Positions 15,314-25,278 of a DNA stretch of 64,000 nt are shown here, one piece after another. Both the position numbers and the translations under genes were made by a program. The notes under the pieces were generated by a model. That model was not told where the DNA came from. It saw only the letters and a program-made list of their open reading frames with translations, and did no database searches. How positions within the stretch are numbered: the stretch's first letter is position 1; each line of letters begins with the position of its first letter. Origin of the DNA: Oscillospiraceae bacterium (GTDB lineage Bacteria; Bacillota; Clostridia; UBA1212; UBA1255); the NCBI GenBank assembly GCA_015069185.1, contig SVJB01000005.1, positions 55,958-119,957 of the forward strand, read 5' to 3'.

Positions 15314-17200
15314 ATGCATAAAGAATATAAGAAATATGATATTGAAGAAATATATTGCGTAGGAAATGGAAAAGCTGCTGCATACATCAAAAACGGAAAT
15401 ATTATTGAGCTGTTTGCGCCTTTCTATACAATGCCGCCGGTACTTTCTATGAACAGAGAGCAAAGCGAGGGAGAGAAAGTGTCTACTTATCGTCTGGCTA
15501 ACACGGGTATATATCAGACAGTTATTGAGAAAGAATCACAAGAGATTGCTGTTATTACTGACTTTACTGTACCTGAGGATGCTGTGTATGTTCGAAATAT
15601 TTCATGCAAAGAGCCTATTTCTTTTAAAATAAGCAGTGGCTATATTTGTAGATACGATTCTTTTAACTGTCGCGCTGCTGCTGGCTACGGCGACATGATG
15701 TTTTATATCAGGGAGGGAACCCCTGTTCATGGTTATTGTAATGTAGATAAAGCAATATATTGTAGACTTATATATGATACAGAGATAGACAGCCAGCCTG
15801 TAGAGGGCGGCTGCAGGCTGACTTTTCCCGCCGGAGAATCCCGCATTATGTTTATCGGTGGAGATGGTGGCGCGTCCGAGCTTGACAGCTTTTATAACTG
15901 TATGGCATTGAGTGACAAGTATACTAAAATTAGCACACAGACTCTGTTTGAAGAATCTGTGTCGGCTTGGTATGCCTTTTCTGCGAGAATCAAGGACTTT
16001 TCACCGATTATTAAAAATCATCCGCGTGAAGCAGAACTTAGAGAGATTATTGATAATGTTGCAGTTTGTATCAAGACGCAAACATCAGAGCAGGGCGGAG
16101 TACTTGCCGGTATGTTTTATCATCTGGCATACGGCAGGGATATGTACGGTGTCATTCGCGGTTATCTGCTGCTTGGTCTGTACGAAGAGGCACGTAGATG
16201 TATCGAGTTCTTTATCACTGAGTTCAGAAAACGCGGTAGAATGCCAAATGCAGTAGGTATGGGCGCGTATGGTTCTCATTGTTGGGAGAATGACGATGTG
16301 GAGCAAACAGGTTACTACCTGATGGAACTGACAGATTATTACAATGCAACCGGAGATAGTCAATTTATCAAAGCTGCACAGGACTATATTGAATTCCTGT
16401 TAGAAGCTCAAGAGCGCAATCTTATGGCCGGTATGCTGCCGTTTAACGGTGATGAGACATATATTGCCGGCAATCTGCTCCCGCGTACTTGCATTACCAA
16501 CGGCTCTATGGAAGCTACAGCTCTATATATTACAGGCGCAGAACGTATACTTGACTTATGCGAGGAGCTGTCAATTCTTTCCGGTGAAAAGATAGCTGCA
16601 AGCCGCAGGATTCTTAAAGATTGTATGGATAGATATGAAGAAAATTTTGTGCGTGATGGTTATGTTGCGGTCAATAATCCCCATCGCGTAGAGCATGGTG
16701 TGCAAAGGGAGTATATACATGGCGTATGTCTTGGTTGCTTTAAATTCGATTATCTAAAACTGACTGAAGATGGCGGATACTTATGTATGCATTGCTATGG
16801 ACATAAAGAGATGTCATATTGCAAAGATGAATACAGACTTGACTGCGCACAGCTCATGACAGGTTTTGTTAACAGTAAGTATCCTTCTCCTGAATCTACA
16901 CTAAAAATAGTACTTGATACATGGAAAGAAAAGCTTGAACATCCTACAGAAGGAAATGTCGTAGGTTATGAAAACGGACTGCTATTATATGTACTGGCAT
17001 GTCACGGAATATCAGGAGGGGAAACAGATAAAATACTTGATAACCTTCTTGATACAAGGAAAAGCGGCGGTGTATGGTCTGAGTATTATAGGGATGGTAA
17101 GGTAAGCCTCAGATCATGTCCACACAGACCTTGGGAAAGCGCAATAAATCTGTGCGGAATAATAAAGATGTTGGAAATAAACACAGAATTTTGTGAGTAA
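15314..17200 (+). CDS. six-hairpin (alpha/alpha)6 glycoside-hydrolase-like protein (GDE_C/GH15-like), cytoplasmic
   Basis: Motifs GGVLAGMFYHLAYGRDMYG, WENDDVEQTGYY and GGVWSEYY..PHRPWESAIN resemble debranching-enzyme/glucoamylase-clan barrels. The assignment is loose. Confidence 0.45.
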   Translation: MHKEYKKYDIEEIYCVGNGKAAAYIKNGNIIELFAPFYTMPPVLSMNREQSEGEKVSTYRLANTGIYQTVIEKESQEIAVITDFTVPEDAVYVRNISCKEPISFKISSGYICRYDSFNCRAAAGYGDMMFYIREGTPVHGYCNVDKAIYCRLIYDTEIDSQPVEGGCRLTFPAGESRIMFIGGDGGASELDSFYNCMALSDKYTKISTQTLFEESVSAWYAFSARIKDFSPIIKNHPREAELREIIDNVAVCIKTQTSEQGGVLAGMFYHLAYGRDMYGVIRGYLLLGLYEEARRCIEFFITEFRKRGRMPNAVGMGAYGSHCWENDDVEQTGYYLMELTDYYNATGDSQFIKAAQDYIEFLLEAQERNLMAGMLPFNGDETYIAGNLLPRTCITNGSMEATALYITGAERILDLCEELSILSGEKIAASRRILKDCMDRYEENFVRDGYVAVNNPHRVEHGVQREYIHGVCLGCFKFDYLKLTEDGGYLCMHCYGHKEMSYCKDEYRLDCAQLMTGFVNSKYPSPESTLKIVLDTWKEKLEHPTEGNVVGYENGLLLYVLACHGISGGETDKILDNLLDTRKSGGVWSEYYRDGKVSLRSCPHRPWESAINLCGIIKMLEINTEFCE

Positions 17201-17229
17201 ATACTTGAAAATGTAGGTGATATTTTCTG

Positions 17230-17258
17230 TTGACAACTAAAAGCACGTGATGTATAAT
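17230..17258 (+). promoter_or_regulatory. consensus sigma-A promoter for tRNA-Gly
   Basis: TTGACA (17230-17235), 17-nt spacer, TATAAT (17253-17258). Confidence 0.7.
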
Positions 17259-17286
17259 GTCAAACGTTCGACAGGATATGTCGCAC

Positions 17287-17357
17287 GCGGGTATAGTTCA
17301 GTGGCAGAACATCAGCCTTCCAAGCTGATTATGAGGGTTCGATTCCCTTTACCCGCT
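17287..17357 (+). tRNA. tRNA-Gly (anticodon UCC)
   Basis: Hand-folded cloverleaf. Acceptor GCGGGTA/TACCCGC, D arm GTTC-AGTGGCA-GAAC, anticodon arm TCAGC-CTTCCAA-GCTGA, T arm GAGGG-TTCGATT-CCCTT, discriminator T. No encoded CCA, and a T-run follows. Confidence 0.9.
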
Positions 17358-17435
17358 TTTTTTTATTTCTAAAATAATTTAGTCATCTGTAATATTCTAC
17401 GTAAGAATAAGGTTTATATAGTAGGAGGGGATGAT

Positions 17436-17996
17436 TTGTTACTCTATGTTGCAGGAACTTTGTTCGCTTTTGATGATGATGAACAAAGACAGCAAGAAAA
17501 ATTTGAGAAAATATACTTACAGTATGGAAGACTCATGTATAGCAAGGCATATGAGATATTAAAAGATCATGCCCTTTCCGAAGATGCTGTAAGCGAAGCT
17601 TTTATACGCATTTTTAAGAATTTATATAAGTTAAGTGATACAGTTCCTTGTCCTGAGACAGCATCGTTTGTAGTGGTTGTTGTACGGAATGTTTCTTTGA
17701 CGATGATTGAGAAGCAAAGATATTCACTGCAAGTATCTATTGAAGATGAAGAGTTTAATATACCTGATGGTATTGATATGGAAGAGGACATACTGTCACA
17801 GATATCATCTCAAGAAATTATGAATCTTGTTGAGAGCCTTGGAGAAGATATACGTCAGGTTTTCTTACTGTATTACGGATACGATATGAGTCTGGCTCAG
17901 ATAGCTCAGACATTGGATATTACAGCAAACCTTGCCGGTGTACGATTACATAGAGCCAGGAAGAAGCTGGCAAAGATGATTGGTAAAGAGTTTTAA
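17436..17996 (+). CDS. sigma-70 family (ECF-like) RNA polymerase sigma factor
   Basis: TTG start 6 nt after AGGAGGGG. Region 2 reads SEDAVSEAFIRIFKN. Region 4 HTH reads MSLAQIAQTLDITANLAGVRLHRARKKL. Confidence 0.75.
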   Translation: MLLYVAGTLFAFDDDEQRQQEKFEKIYLQYGRLMYSKAYEILKDHALSEDAVSEAFIRIFKNLYKLSDTVPCPETASFVVVVVRNVSLTMIEKQRYSLQVSIEDEEFNIPDGIDMEEDILSQISSQEIMNLVESLGEDIRQVFLLYYGYDMSLAQIAQTLDITANLAGVRLHRARKKLAKMIGKEF

Positions 17997-18022
17997 TCAA
18001 AGGTTATAATAGGAGATTAGCA

Positions 18023-18664
18023 ATGAAGCAAGAGAAGAATGATAAGCTCTTTAAGCAAATAGCAAGTGAATATATCAAGAATACAGGAATAGTACTTGAT
18101 GAAGAGGCGACGCAACTTAATCATAATATGTCAGCGATGCCATCAAGACCGACAAAGCCATCTCGCAGGCGTTGGATACCGTGGGTGTCGGCTATAGGCA
18201 CAGCAGCTGTAATCTTATTTATGGTTGTAAATATAATGGTGTTACAGTTTGCTTTCAACAGAACGAATAAAAATGATTCTTCTATGCCTGATAATAATCA
18301 TCCTGTACAGACTGCAGATCCCGAGTGGCAAGGTCCGGAAATGACATTAGTAAATAACAATCGTTTTTCAGTAGAAGAAAGATTGATAGATAACGGACAA
18401 TATATTTACAAAGTAAACGACACAACAAATGATGATGTAGTTGTTACGTTCATATCTCATGACGACTTTGATCCGTCAACAATGAGATACACATATAAGA
18501 ATGAAAAGAAAATTTACTATAAAAACGAGGTAGGATACAAGATTATAGCATTGTCATTAGAAGAGGATTGGATTATCACTCTTTCTTGTGCTCATGATAT
18601 AGAAACACTAAATATAATCTTTGATTTGATAAAAATAAATTCAGAATATTTAGGTGACCTGTAA
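18023..18664 (+). CDS. putative anti-sigma factor / single-pass membrane protein
   Basis: Lies directly downstream of the sigma gene. It has one TM (WIPWVSAIGTAAVILFMVVNIMVL) and no other recognised motif. Confidence 0.4.
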   Translation: MKQEKNDKLFKQIASEYIKNTGIVLDEEATQLNHNMSAMPSRPTKPSRRRWIPWVSAIGTAAVILFMVVNIMVLQFAFNRTNKNDSSMPDNNHPVQTADPEWQGPEMTLVNNNRFSVEERLIDNGQYIYKVNDTTNDDVVVTFISHDDFDPSTMRYTYKNEKKIYYKNEVGYKIIALSLEEDWIITLSCAHDIETLNIIFDLIKINSEYLGDL

Positions 18665-18703
18665 TATTTCTCATCTTTGCAAAGTTATATAGGTGAGAAA
18701 CAC

Positions 18704-20230
18704 ATGAAAGGACTGAAATTAATGAAAAAAATAATCAGTGTTTTATTGGCATTATGTATTTGTTTGGGTTTGGCGTCTTGCGGAGCTCCGATGTATGATA
18801 ATATGAGTGAGGGATATCCATCATTTTCATATCAAGGTGAAAATAATGAAACATATAATGAAATAATTCAGAATCAGTTTATCTCCACAAGCGAAGAAGC
18901 TACTAAAGCTTTTTCCCTCAAAGTAGATACTGCTGCTTATACAAATATATCACGATATATAGAAAATGGCAGCCTGCCTCCGGTAGATGCGGTAAGGACA
19001 GAGGAACTCATTAATTATTTTGAGTATGATATGCCGATTGATGAAAATAATGATCATCCTTTTTCTGTTATTACTCAAGTAGCCCGTTCACCCTTTGCTG
19101 CAGGCAAACACATGGCATATATAAGAGTCAAGACACCGGATATCGCAACAGAAGATTTACCGGCAAGCAATCTTACTTTCCTTATTGATACATCAGGGTC
19201 TATGTACTCTTACGATAAATTACCCCTTGTTATGAAGGCTTTCTCACTTCTTGTTGAGAATCTGTCTGAAAAAGATATTGTCAGCATCGTTACTTATGCA
19301 GGTTCCTCAGAAGTTATGTTAGATAGCGTCCGCGGTGATCGAAAAGAAATTATTATGGATGCTATAAACAGTCTTACTGCCGGAGGTTCTACTGCGGGTA
19401 GCAAAGGTATTGAGACCGCATACAATCTTGCTGAAAAGAATTATATAGAGGGTGGCAATAATAGAGTTATTCTGGCAACAGATGGAGATTTTAATGTTGG
19501 TATATCTAGTACTAGTGCACTTGAAGCTTTTATATCAGAAAAGCGGGATGAGGGTATTTACTTAAGTTGTCTGGGTTTTGGTACTGGTAATTTACGTGAT
19601 GATATGATGGAAACTCTCTCTGAACATGGCAATGGTAACTATTCGTATATTGATTCTCTTTATACTGCGCAGAAGGTACTTGTAGATGAGATGGGTGCCA
19701 ACCTTTTCACAGTGGCAAAAGATGTTAAGGCAGAGTTACAGTTCAATACTGCTACTGTATCCGAATTCAGACTAGTAGGATATGAAAACAGAATTATGAG
19801 TTCTGATGAGTTTGATGATAGCAACAAAGATGCAGGAGAGATTGGTGCAGGTACAGACGTTATTGTATTGGTTGAGCTGATATTATCGGAAGGATATACA
19901 GAAGGTACGCTGTTTGATGTTTGCATCAGATATAAAGATCCGGAAACCGAGGAGCAGGGTCAGGCTATATATCAGGCGGCTGCTATTACAGAAACACCGG
20001 ATACAGACTATAACTTTGCCTGTGCTGTAGCGGCGTTTAGTGAGTTGCTCAGAGGTTCAGAGTTTATTGATAATACTACTGCAGAGCAGATAGCACAATG
20101 TGCCAACGCCAATAAAGGCGCCGATATTAAAGGCTACAGGGCAAAATTTATTGCACTTGTGGCAGAATATATTAAATTAGACTTGCATACAGAATCTGAA
20201 ATTGGTAAAATAGAACAGATGTGCATTTAG
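18704..20230 (+). CDS. von Willebrand factor A domain lipoprotein (YfbK-like)
   Basis: ATG at 18704 follows AGGTGAG. Lipobox LGLASCG. MIDAS motif DTSGSM, plus TAGGSTAG and ATDGDFNVG motifs. Confidence 0.75.
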   Translation: MKGLKLMKKIISVLLALCICLGLASCGAPMYDNMSEGYPSFSYQGENNETYNEIIQNQFISTSEEATKAFSLKVDTAAYTNISRYIENGSLPPVDAVRTEELINYFEYDMPIDENNDHPFSVITQVARSPFAAGKHMAYIRVKTPDIATEDLPASNLTFLIDTSGSMYSYDKLPLVMKAFSLLVENLSEKDIVSIVTYAGSSEVMLDSVRGDRKEIIMDAINSLTAGGSTAGSKGIETAYNLAEKNYIEGGNNRVILATDGDFNVGISSTSALEAFISEKRDEGIYLSCLGFGTGNLRDDMMETLSEHGNGNYSYIDSLYTAQKVLVDEMGANLFTVAKDVKAELQFNTATVSEFRLVGYENRIMSSDEFDDSNKDAGEIGAGTDVIVLVELILSEGYTEGTLFDVCIRYKDPETEEQGQAIYQAAAITETPDTDYNFACAVAAFSELLRGSEFIDNTTAEQIAQCANANKGADIKGYRAKFIALVAEYIKLDLHTESEIGKIEQMCI

Positions 20231-20270
20231 CACGTATAGTATCATTTTATTTATTAAGGAGATGTCTTTT

Positions 20271-21206
20271 ATGCCATTAGTTACATCAAAAGAAATGTTC
20301 AAAAAAGCATATGAAGGCGGATACGCAATCGGTGCGTTCAACGTCAACAATATGGAAATTATTCAAGGTATCACAGAAGCTGCTAAGGAAGTTAATGCTC
20401 CTTTGATTCTTCAAGTATCAGCAGGTGCTAGAAAATATGCAAACCACACATATCTTATGAAGTTGGTTGAGGCAGCTATTATTGAGACAGGTCTGCCGAT
20501 CTGCTTACACTTAGATCATGGTGATTCTTTTGAACTTTGTAAATCATGTATTGACGGTGGATTTACATCAGTTATGATCGATGGTTCACATCATTCATTT
20601 GAAGATAATATTGCTCTTACAGCTAAGGTTGTTGAATATGCTCACGCAAAGGGTGTTACAGTAGAGGGCGAGCTTGGCCGTCTTGCAGGTATTGAGGATG
20701 CTGTTAACGTAAGCGAAGAGGATGCTTCTTATACAAAGCCTTCACAGGTTCAGGAATTCGTTGAGAAGACAGGTGTTGACTCACTTGCTATCGCTATCGG
20801 AACAAGTCACGGTGCTTATAAGTTTAAGCCTGGTCAGAAGCCTCAGCTCAGATTTGATATTCTTCAGGAAGTAGAAGAGAGACTTCCCGGATTCCCGATC
20901 GTTCTTCACGGTGCTTCATCAGTTATTCCTGAATATGTTGACCTTATCAATAAATATGGCGGCGCTATGCCTGATGCTATCGGTATTCCTGAAGATATGC
21001 TTAGAAAGGCAGCTTCTATGGCTGTATGTAAGATTAACATCGACTCAGACCTGAGACTTGCTATGACAGCCGCTATCAGAGAGCACTTCGCACAGGAGCC
21101 TTCACACTTCGATCCTAGACAATATCTCAAGCCTGGTAGAGAATATATCAAGACTCTCGTTAAGCACAAGATCGTTAACGTTCTTGGTTGTGACAACAAG
21201 GCTTAA
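20271..21206 (+). CDS. fba: class II fructose-1,6-bisphosphate aldolase
   Basis: I prefer the ATG at 20271 (AAGGAG 9 nt upstream). Motifs LHLDHG, GTSHGAYKF and VLHGASS. Confidence 0.9.
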   Translation: MPLVTSKEMFKKAYEGGYAIGAFNVNNMEIIQGITEAAKEVNAPLILQVSAGARKYANHTYLMKLVEAAIIETGLPICLHLDHGDSFELCKSCIDGGFTSVMIDGSHHSFEDNIALTAKVVEYAHAKGVTVEGELGRLAGIEDAVNVSEEDASYTKPSQVQEFVEKTGVDSLAIAIGTSHGAYKFKPGQKPQLRFDILQEVEERLPGFPIVLHGASSVIPEYVDLINKYGGAMPDAIGIPEDMLRKAASMAVCKINIDSDLRLAMTAAIREHFAQEPSHFDPRQYLKPGREYIKTLVKHKIVNVLGCDNKA

Positions 21207-21233
21207 TTAATCTGATAAACAAAATGTTTTTAG

Positions 21234-21266
21234 AAAGCGATTCATATAATATGAATCGCTTTTTTC
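21234..21266 (+). terminator. intrinsic terminator after fba
   Basis: Stem AAAGCGATTCAT / ATGAATCGCTTT, 5-nt loop, then a T-run. Confidence 0.8.
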
Positions 21267-21372
21267 TTTCATAATCTATTAACAAACTATTCATATGGCC
21301 ATGTTGCTAAGTAAATAATCAAATTGTATACTGTAAATACAGTTTAGAAATTAATACAGGGAGGCATTTTGT

Positions 21373-22170
21373 ATGACAAAGAAGAAACTAATTATTCTCA
21401 TAATTGTATTAGCTTTATTGGTAGTTCTATTTACACCTGTTCCAACCGGTACATATGGTAATACAAAAGAATATACAGCACTTACCTATAAAATCATTAA
21501 GTGGGATGAACTAGTATCAAATGGCAGATATCGCGATACGGATTTCTACTTTTTCCCAAAAAATTATACATCCATATATAAATTATGGGATATAAAAATG
21601 GAAGAAGATGATATAAAAATGCCTGTCATGGATAAACCTGTTCTGTATCTTTATCCTGAGGAAGAAACCACAGTGGATGTTAAGCTTGATTTAGACGGAG
21701 AACTAACTTGTACTTATCCTGAGTACACTAATGGTTGGAAAGTAACTGCAATGCCCGATGGTACTTTAATTGATGGATCAGGAAAGGAATATAACTATTT
21801 GTATTGGGAGGGCGTGTCAAATATACAATACGATATGTCTAGAGGCTTTTGTGTAAAAGGTGAGGATACTGCCCAGTTTTTAGAAGATGCATTAGAGCGT
21901 CTTGGCCTTAATAGACGTGAAGCAAATGAATTTATTGTATATTGGTTACCATTGATGGAACAAAATAATTATAATATTATTTCTTTTCAGTCTGATGCAT
22001 ATACTGACGCAGCAAAGTTAGAGATTAGTCCTATGCCAGATACAATAATTCGTGTTTTCATGACATGGTACGGATCAGAATCATATGTTAATATTGACGC
22101 GCAAGATTTGTCAGCCCAAGTAAGAGAAGGCTTTACAGTAGTAGAGTGGGGCGGTAGCGAGCTTAAATGA
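21373..22170 (+). CDS. hypothetical membrane-anchored protein (265 aa)
   Basis: GGGAGG RBS and an N-terminal TM. No family recognised. Confidence 0.5.
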   Translation: MTKKKLIILIIVLALLVVLFTPVPTGTYGNTKEYTALTYKIIKWDELVSNGRYRDTDFYFFPKNYTSIYKLWDIKMEEDDIKMPVMDKPVLYLYPEEETTVDVKLDLDGELTCTYPEYTNGWKVTAMPDGTLIDGSGKEYNYLYWEGVSNIQYDMSRGFCVKGEDTAQFLEDALERLGLNRREANEFIVYWLPLMEQNNYNIISFQSDAYTDAAKLEISPMPDTIIRVFMTWYGSESYVNIDAQDLSAQVREGFTVVEWGGSELK

Positions 22171-22191
22171 TCATTTAATTTAGATCACATA

Positions 22192-22228
22192 AAATCAGCC
22201 CGGCAGTAATGCCGGGCTGATTTGTTTT
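22192..22228. terminator. bidirectional intrinsic terminator between convergent genes
   Basis: Stem ATCAGCCCGGC / GCCGGGCTGAT, with T-rich flanks on the + side. Confidence 0.8.
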
Positions 22229-22252
22229 ACATTAAAAACTTTGTAAAATTCC

Positions 22253-23068
22253 TTATTTCTTGTCGTTTACAATGTGAACATCCATCTGAGGATAGGGGAT
22301 ATGAATACCATTTTCATCAAAGGCATATTTTGTAGCTTCTGAGAGACTACCCATTACATCCCAGTAATCTGCGTTCTTGCACCAGGCGCGAAGTGTGAAG
22401 TCAAGTGAACTCTCGCCTTTATTTGACAAAACAACAACAGCAGCTGGATCCTTGAGAACCTTTTCGTTCTTGTTTGCCACTTTAAGAGCCAATGCTTTTA
22501 CTTCATTGATATCAGTGTCATATGAAACTGACAGAGGGACATCAACACGACGAAGATCCTTTGCAGAATAGTTTACAATTGCAGCATTTGACAGACCACC
22601 ATTAGGGAGCATAACACTCTTATTATCTGCAGTAACAATCTTTGTGTAGAAGATTGAGATATCTTCTACTGTGCCGGAATATCCGCTACCTTCGATAAAA
22701 TCACCAATTTTAAAGGGACGGAAAGCGATAATCATAATGCCACCTGCAAAGTTTGCCAGTGAACCCTGTAGTGCTAAGCCGATTGCGACACCTGCGGATG
22801 TAAGTATTGCCATAAATGATGTAGCAGGTACACCAATGTAAATCGCAACACTGATAAAAATAATGGAATAAAGCGCAACCTTGAGAATATTACACAGGAA
22901 GTTTGCCAGTGAACTCTCCATACGCTCAAAAAGCTTTGACTTTCTAAGAAACTTTAATACCCATTTTGCTAACTTGAGACCTACAAACAGCATAATAAGA
23001 GCGAATATAATCTTAATGCCGATTGATGTTGCCAAATCAAATAGGAAATTCCATAATTTCTCTAACAT
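22253..23068 (-). CDS. small-conductance mechanosensitive channel (MscS family)
   Basis: Three N-terminal TMs. Pore-helix-like GVAIGLALQGSLANFAGGIMII and the conserved FRPFKIGDFIE beta-domain start. Confidence 0.85.
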   Translation of the reverse strand: MLEKLWNFLFDLATSIGIKIIFALIMLFVGLKLAKWVLKFLRKSKLFERMESSLANFLCNILKVALYSIIFISVAIYIGVPATSFMAILTSAGVAIGLALQGSLANFAGGIMIIAFRPFKIGDFIEGSGYSGTVEDISIFYTKIVTADNKSVMLPNGGLSNAAIVNYSAKDLRRVDVPLSVSYDTDINEVKALALKVANKNEKVLKDPAAVVVLSNKGESSLDFTLRAWCKNADYWDVMGSLSEATKYAFDENGIHIPYPQMDVHIVNDKK

Positions 23069-23119
23069 TTTTTATCCTTCTTTCATAAATATAATATTTG
23101 AAAATGACCCGTGAGAAGA

Positions 23120-24865
23120 TCATAAATCAACATAATTTCCTTGGCCTGCTTCGATCTGTTTCTTAATCTCTGCTCTCTTTATTTTGATACCGTTTGCAAG
23201 AGGCAGGCTGTCATTTGTAACAAGTATACGAGACAACTTCTTGAATACAGGCAATCTGTTATTGCGCTCCTTAACCTGACCTAAGAGACGAGCTAAATAT
23301 TCTTTGTCAGAAACATCTTTAGATGATTGCATAACCAGCGTGATGTCTTCATATTTATTTCCGCCACCCTTTGATATGCCAAGAACTGTAAACTGTGTTA
23401 CTCCTTCAAGCTCTGTAAAGTAGTCTTCCAGTTCATCAGGATATACATTTTCACCGGATTCATTAACAATAACTTCTTTAAGACGTCCCTCAATATAAAG
23501 GGCACCATCTTCCAGTCTGCCGATGTCACCTGTCTCAAACCAACCCTCACTATTGAGCGCAGTAGAGAGGATCTGGCCATTCTTAACAACGCCGCTGTGG
23601 AGTGACTTACCACGAATCTGAAGTTCACCAACATCTGGATTGGACGGATCCATTGGCACTATCCTATATTCTATGCAACTAACTGGTGCACCGACTCTGC
23701 TGGCAAGACGTTTCTTAAGACTCTTATTTCTTTCCATTGAGCTGATACCTGTCTCAGTCATACCAAAACCGCAGATAGTATAATATCCGATACCGCTGAT
23801 GACTTTAAGAGTCTCAGGAAGAAGATGTCCGCCACCACTGATGATAATCTCAATGCTATCTCCTGCAAGATTACTCAGAACTGACTTCTTGAATAATTTC
23901 TTGGCAACCTTAGTACCCCAGACAGGATTAATTCTCTGGCACAATAAGCTTGTCTTCAGCATAGCGTTAAACATAAAGCGCTTAAATTTCTTTTCTTTTG
24001 ATAATTTTCTCTGCAAACCATTAACAATATTATTAACAAGCAGCGGTACTGCCAAAATATGAGTTACTTTATGTTCCTTACAAGCAGCAAGTAGAGAAGA
24101 AGGGGCCTTGTTTGCCGGGAAAACCATAGAAGTTGCGAAGAATGAATACCAGAAGTAGTTTGCCATGAAACCAAAAATATGATGTAATGGCAGGAATGCC
24201 AGATTACGCTTGGGACTGTCTGAACAGATAATTTCGTTCTCAATAATAACTTGACGGGCACTGAGTACCTGGTTACTCATAGCTTCTCCGTTGTATGTGA
24301 AAATCTTCGCAGTACTCGTAGTACCGGAAGTACACAAAGCAATCTCATCGCCCCATGAATATTTACGAATTCTATCTCCCGGAGTACTGTCTGTTGGGAT
24401 CGGTAGTGCTGCCAGATCTAAGATCTGACGCTTATCCATCAGAATAAGGTCATTTGCGTCAATTATAAGGGTGTTTTGTATATCAAGTTGTTCTGTTGTG
24501 ATTATAGCAACTGCTTTTGCTTGATCAATAAAGAATTGTGTTAGCTCAAGTGCATGTCTGTAGTCAATAAGGAACGGTTTATATCCAGCCATCAGAACAC
24601 CCCAGAAAAGTGCCGGCCATTCAGGTGCATTATCAACTTTAATAGCAACGAAGCCTTTATTTATATCTCCTAATTTATCTATAAGATTGTCTGCTACATG
24701 TTTAACTACATTTTCAAATTGTGCATATGTAATTATTTTGATTTCACCGTCAAGCGTGTATTGGATGCACGGTCTGTTGCCATGACTACAATAAATATCA
24801 AAAATATTAACATATGATAATTCTTTTGCCATTTTGTCTAAACATTCAAGTGAATATTTAATCAT
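23120..24865 (-). CDS. AMP-dependent synthetase/ligase (long-chain acyl-CoA ligase-like)
   Basis: AMP-binding signature CTSGTTSTAKI, GFGMTETG and TGDIGRLEDGALYIEGRLKE. Confidence 0.8.
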   Translation of the reverse strand: MIKYSLECLDKMAKELSYVNIFDIYCSHGNRPCIQYTLDGEIKIITYAQFENVVKHVADNLIDKLGDINKGFVAIKVDNAPEWPALFWGVLMAGYKPFLIDYRHALELTQFFIDQAKAVAIITTEQLDIQNTLIIDANDLILMDKRQILDLAALPIPTDSTPGDRIRKYSWGDEIALCTSGTTSTAKIFTYNGEAMSNQVLSARQVIIENEIICSDSPKRNLAFLPLHHIFGFMANYFWYSFFATSMVFPANKAPSSLLAACKEHKVTHILAVPLLVNNIVNGLQRKLSKEKKFKRFMFNAMLKTSLLCQRINPVWGTKVAKKLFKKSVLSNLAGDSIEIIISGGGHLLPETLKVISGIGYYTICGFGMTETGISSMERNKSLKKRLASRVGAPVSCIEYRIVPMDPSNPDVGELQIRGKSLHSGVVKNGQILSTALNSEGWFETGDIGRLEDGALYIEGRLKEVIVNESGENVYPDELEDYFTELEGVTQFTVLGISKGGGNKYEDITLVMQSSKDVSDKEYLARLLGQVKERNNRLPVFKKLSRILVTNDSLPLANGIKIKRAEIKKQIEAGQGNYVDL

Positions 24866-24949
24866 TAAAATACCTCCGTGTAATTATTAAATAAACATTA
24901 CAAGTATAGCATAACAAAAAAAACATGGCAATTTAAAATGGTCAAAATG

Positions 24950-24977
24950 TTGAAAAAGCATCTTATTATGATATAAT
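24950..24977 (+). promoter_or_regulatory. putative promoter with extended -10
   Basis: TTGAAA (24950-24955), 16-nt spacer, TGaTATAAT (hexamer 24972-24977). Confidence 0.5.
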
Positions 24978-25014
24978 TTTGCCATAAAAGATAAATATTT
25001 TGGAGGCAGCTTCT

Positions 25015-25197
25015 ATGTCTGAACAGAGTGATTGCGACAAATGTATGTATTATGAATACGATGAAGATTACGACTGCTACATATGCACAGTATATATGGA
25101 TGAGGATGAAATGGCCCGTTTTATGAATCTAAAATCTCGTAAATGTCCGTATTTCAGGCTTGGGGATGAGTATCAGATTGTAAGAAAACAGATATAA
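25015..25197 (+). CDS. small acidic cysteine-rich protein (60 aa)
   Basis: ATG at 25015 lies 8 nt after TGGAGG. Cys pattern CDKC..CYIC..C. Confidence 0.5.
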   Translation: MSEQSDCDKCMYYEYDEDYDCYICTVYMDEDEMARFMNLKSRKCPYFRLGDEYQIVRKQI

Positions 25198-25278
25198 TTT
25201 CAGAATAAATATCCTGTTAGAATAATTGCGAAAAATGCCTCTGTGTTGTATAATCTCAAAAAACACGGAGGTGCTTTT

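Noticed and set aside
17287-17357. tRNA-Gly as the attachment site of a genomic island covering 0.3-17.2 kb
   Set aside because: There is no integrase, and I noticed no direct repeat of the tRNA 3' end elsewhere in the window. Composition is not visibly different by eye. The idea cannot be excluded without the upstream flank.
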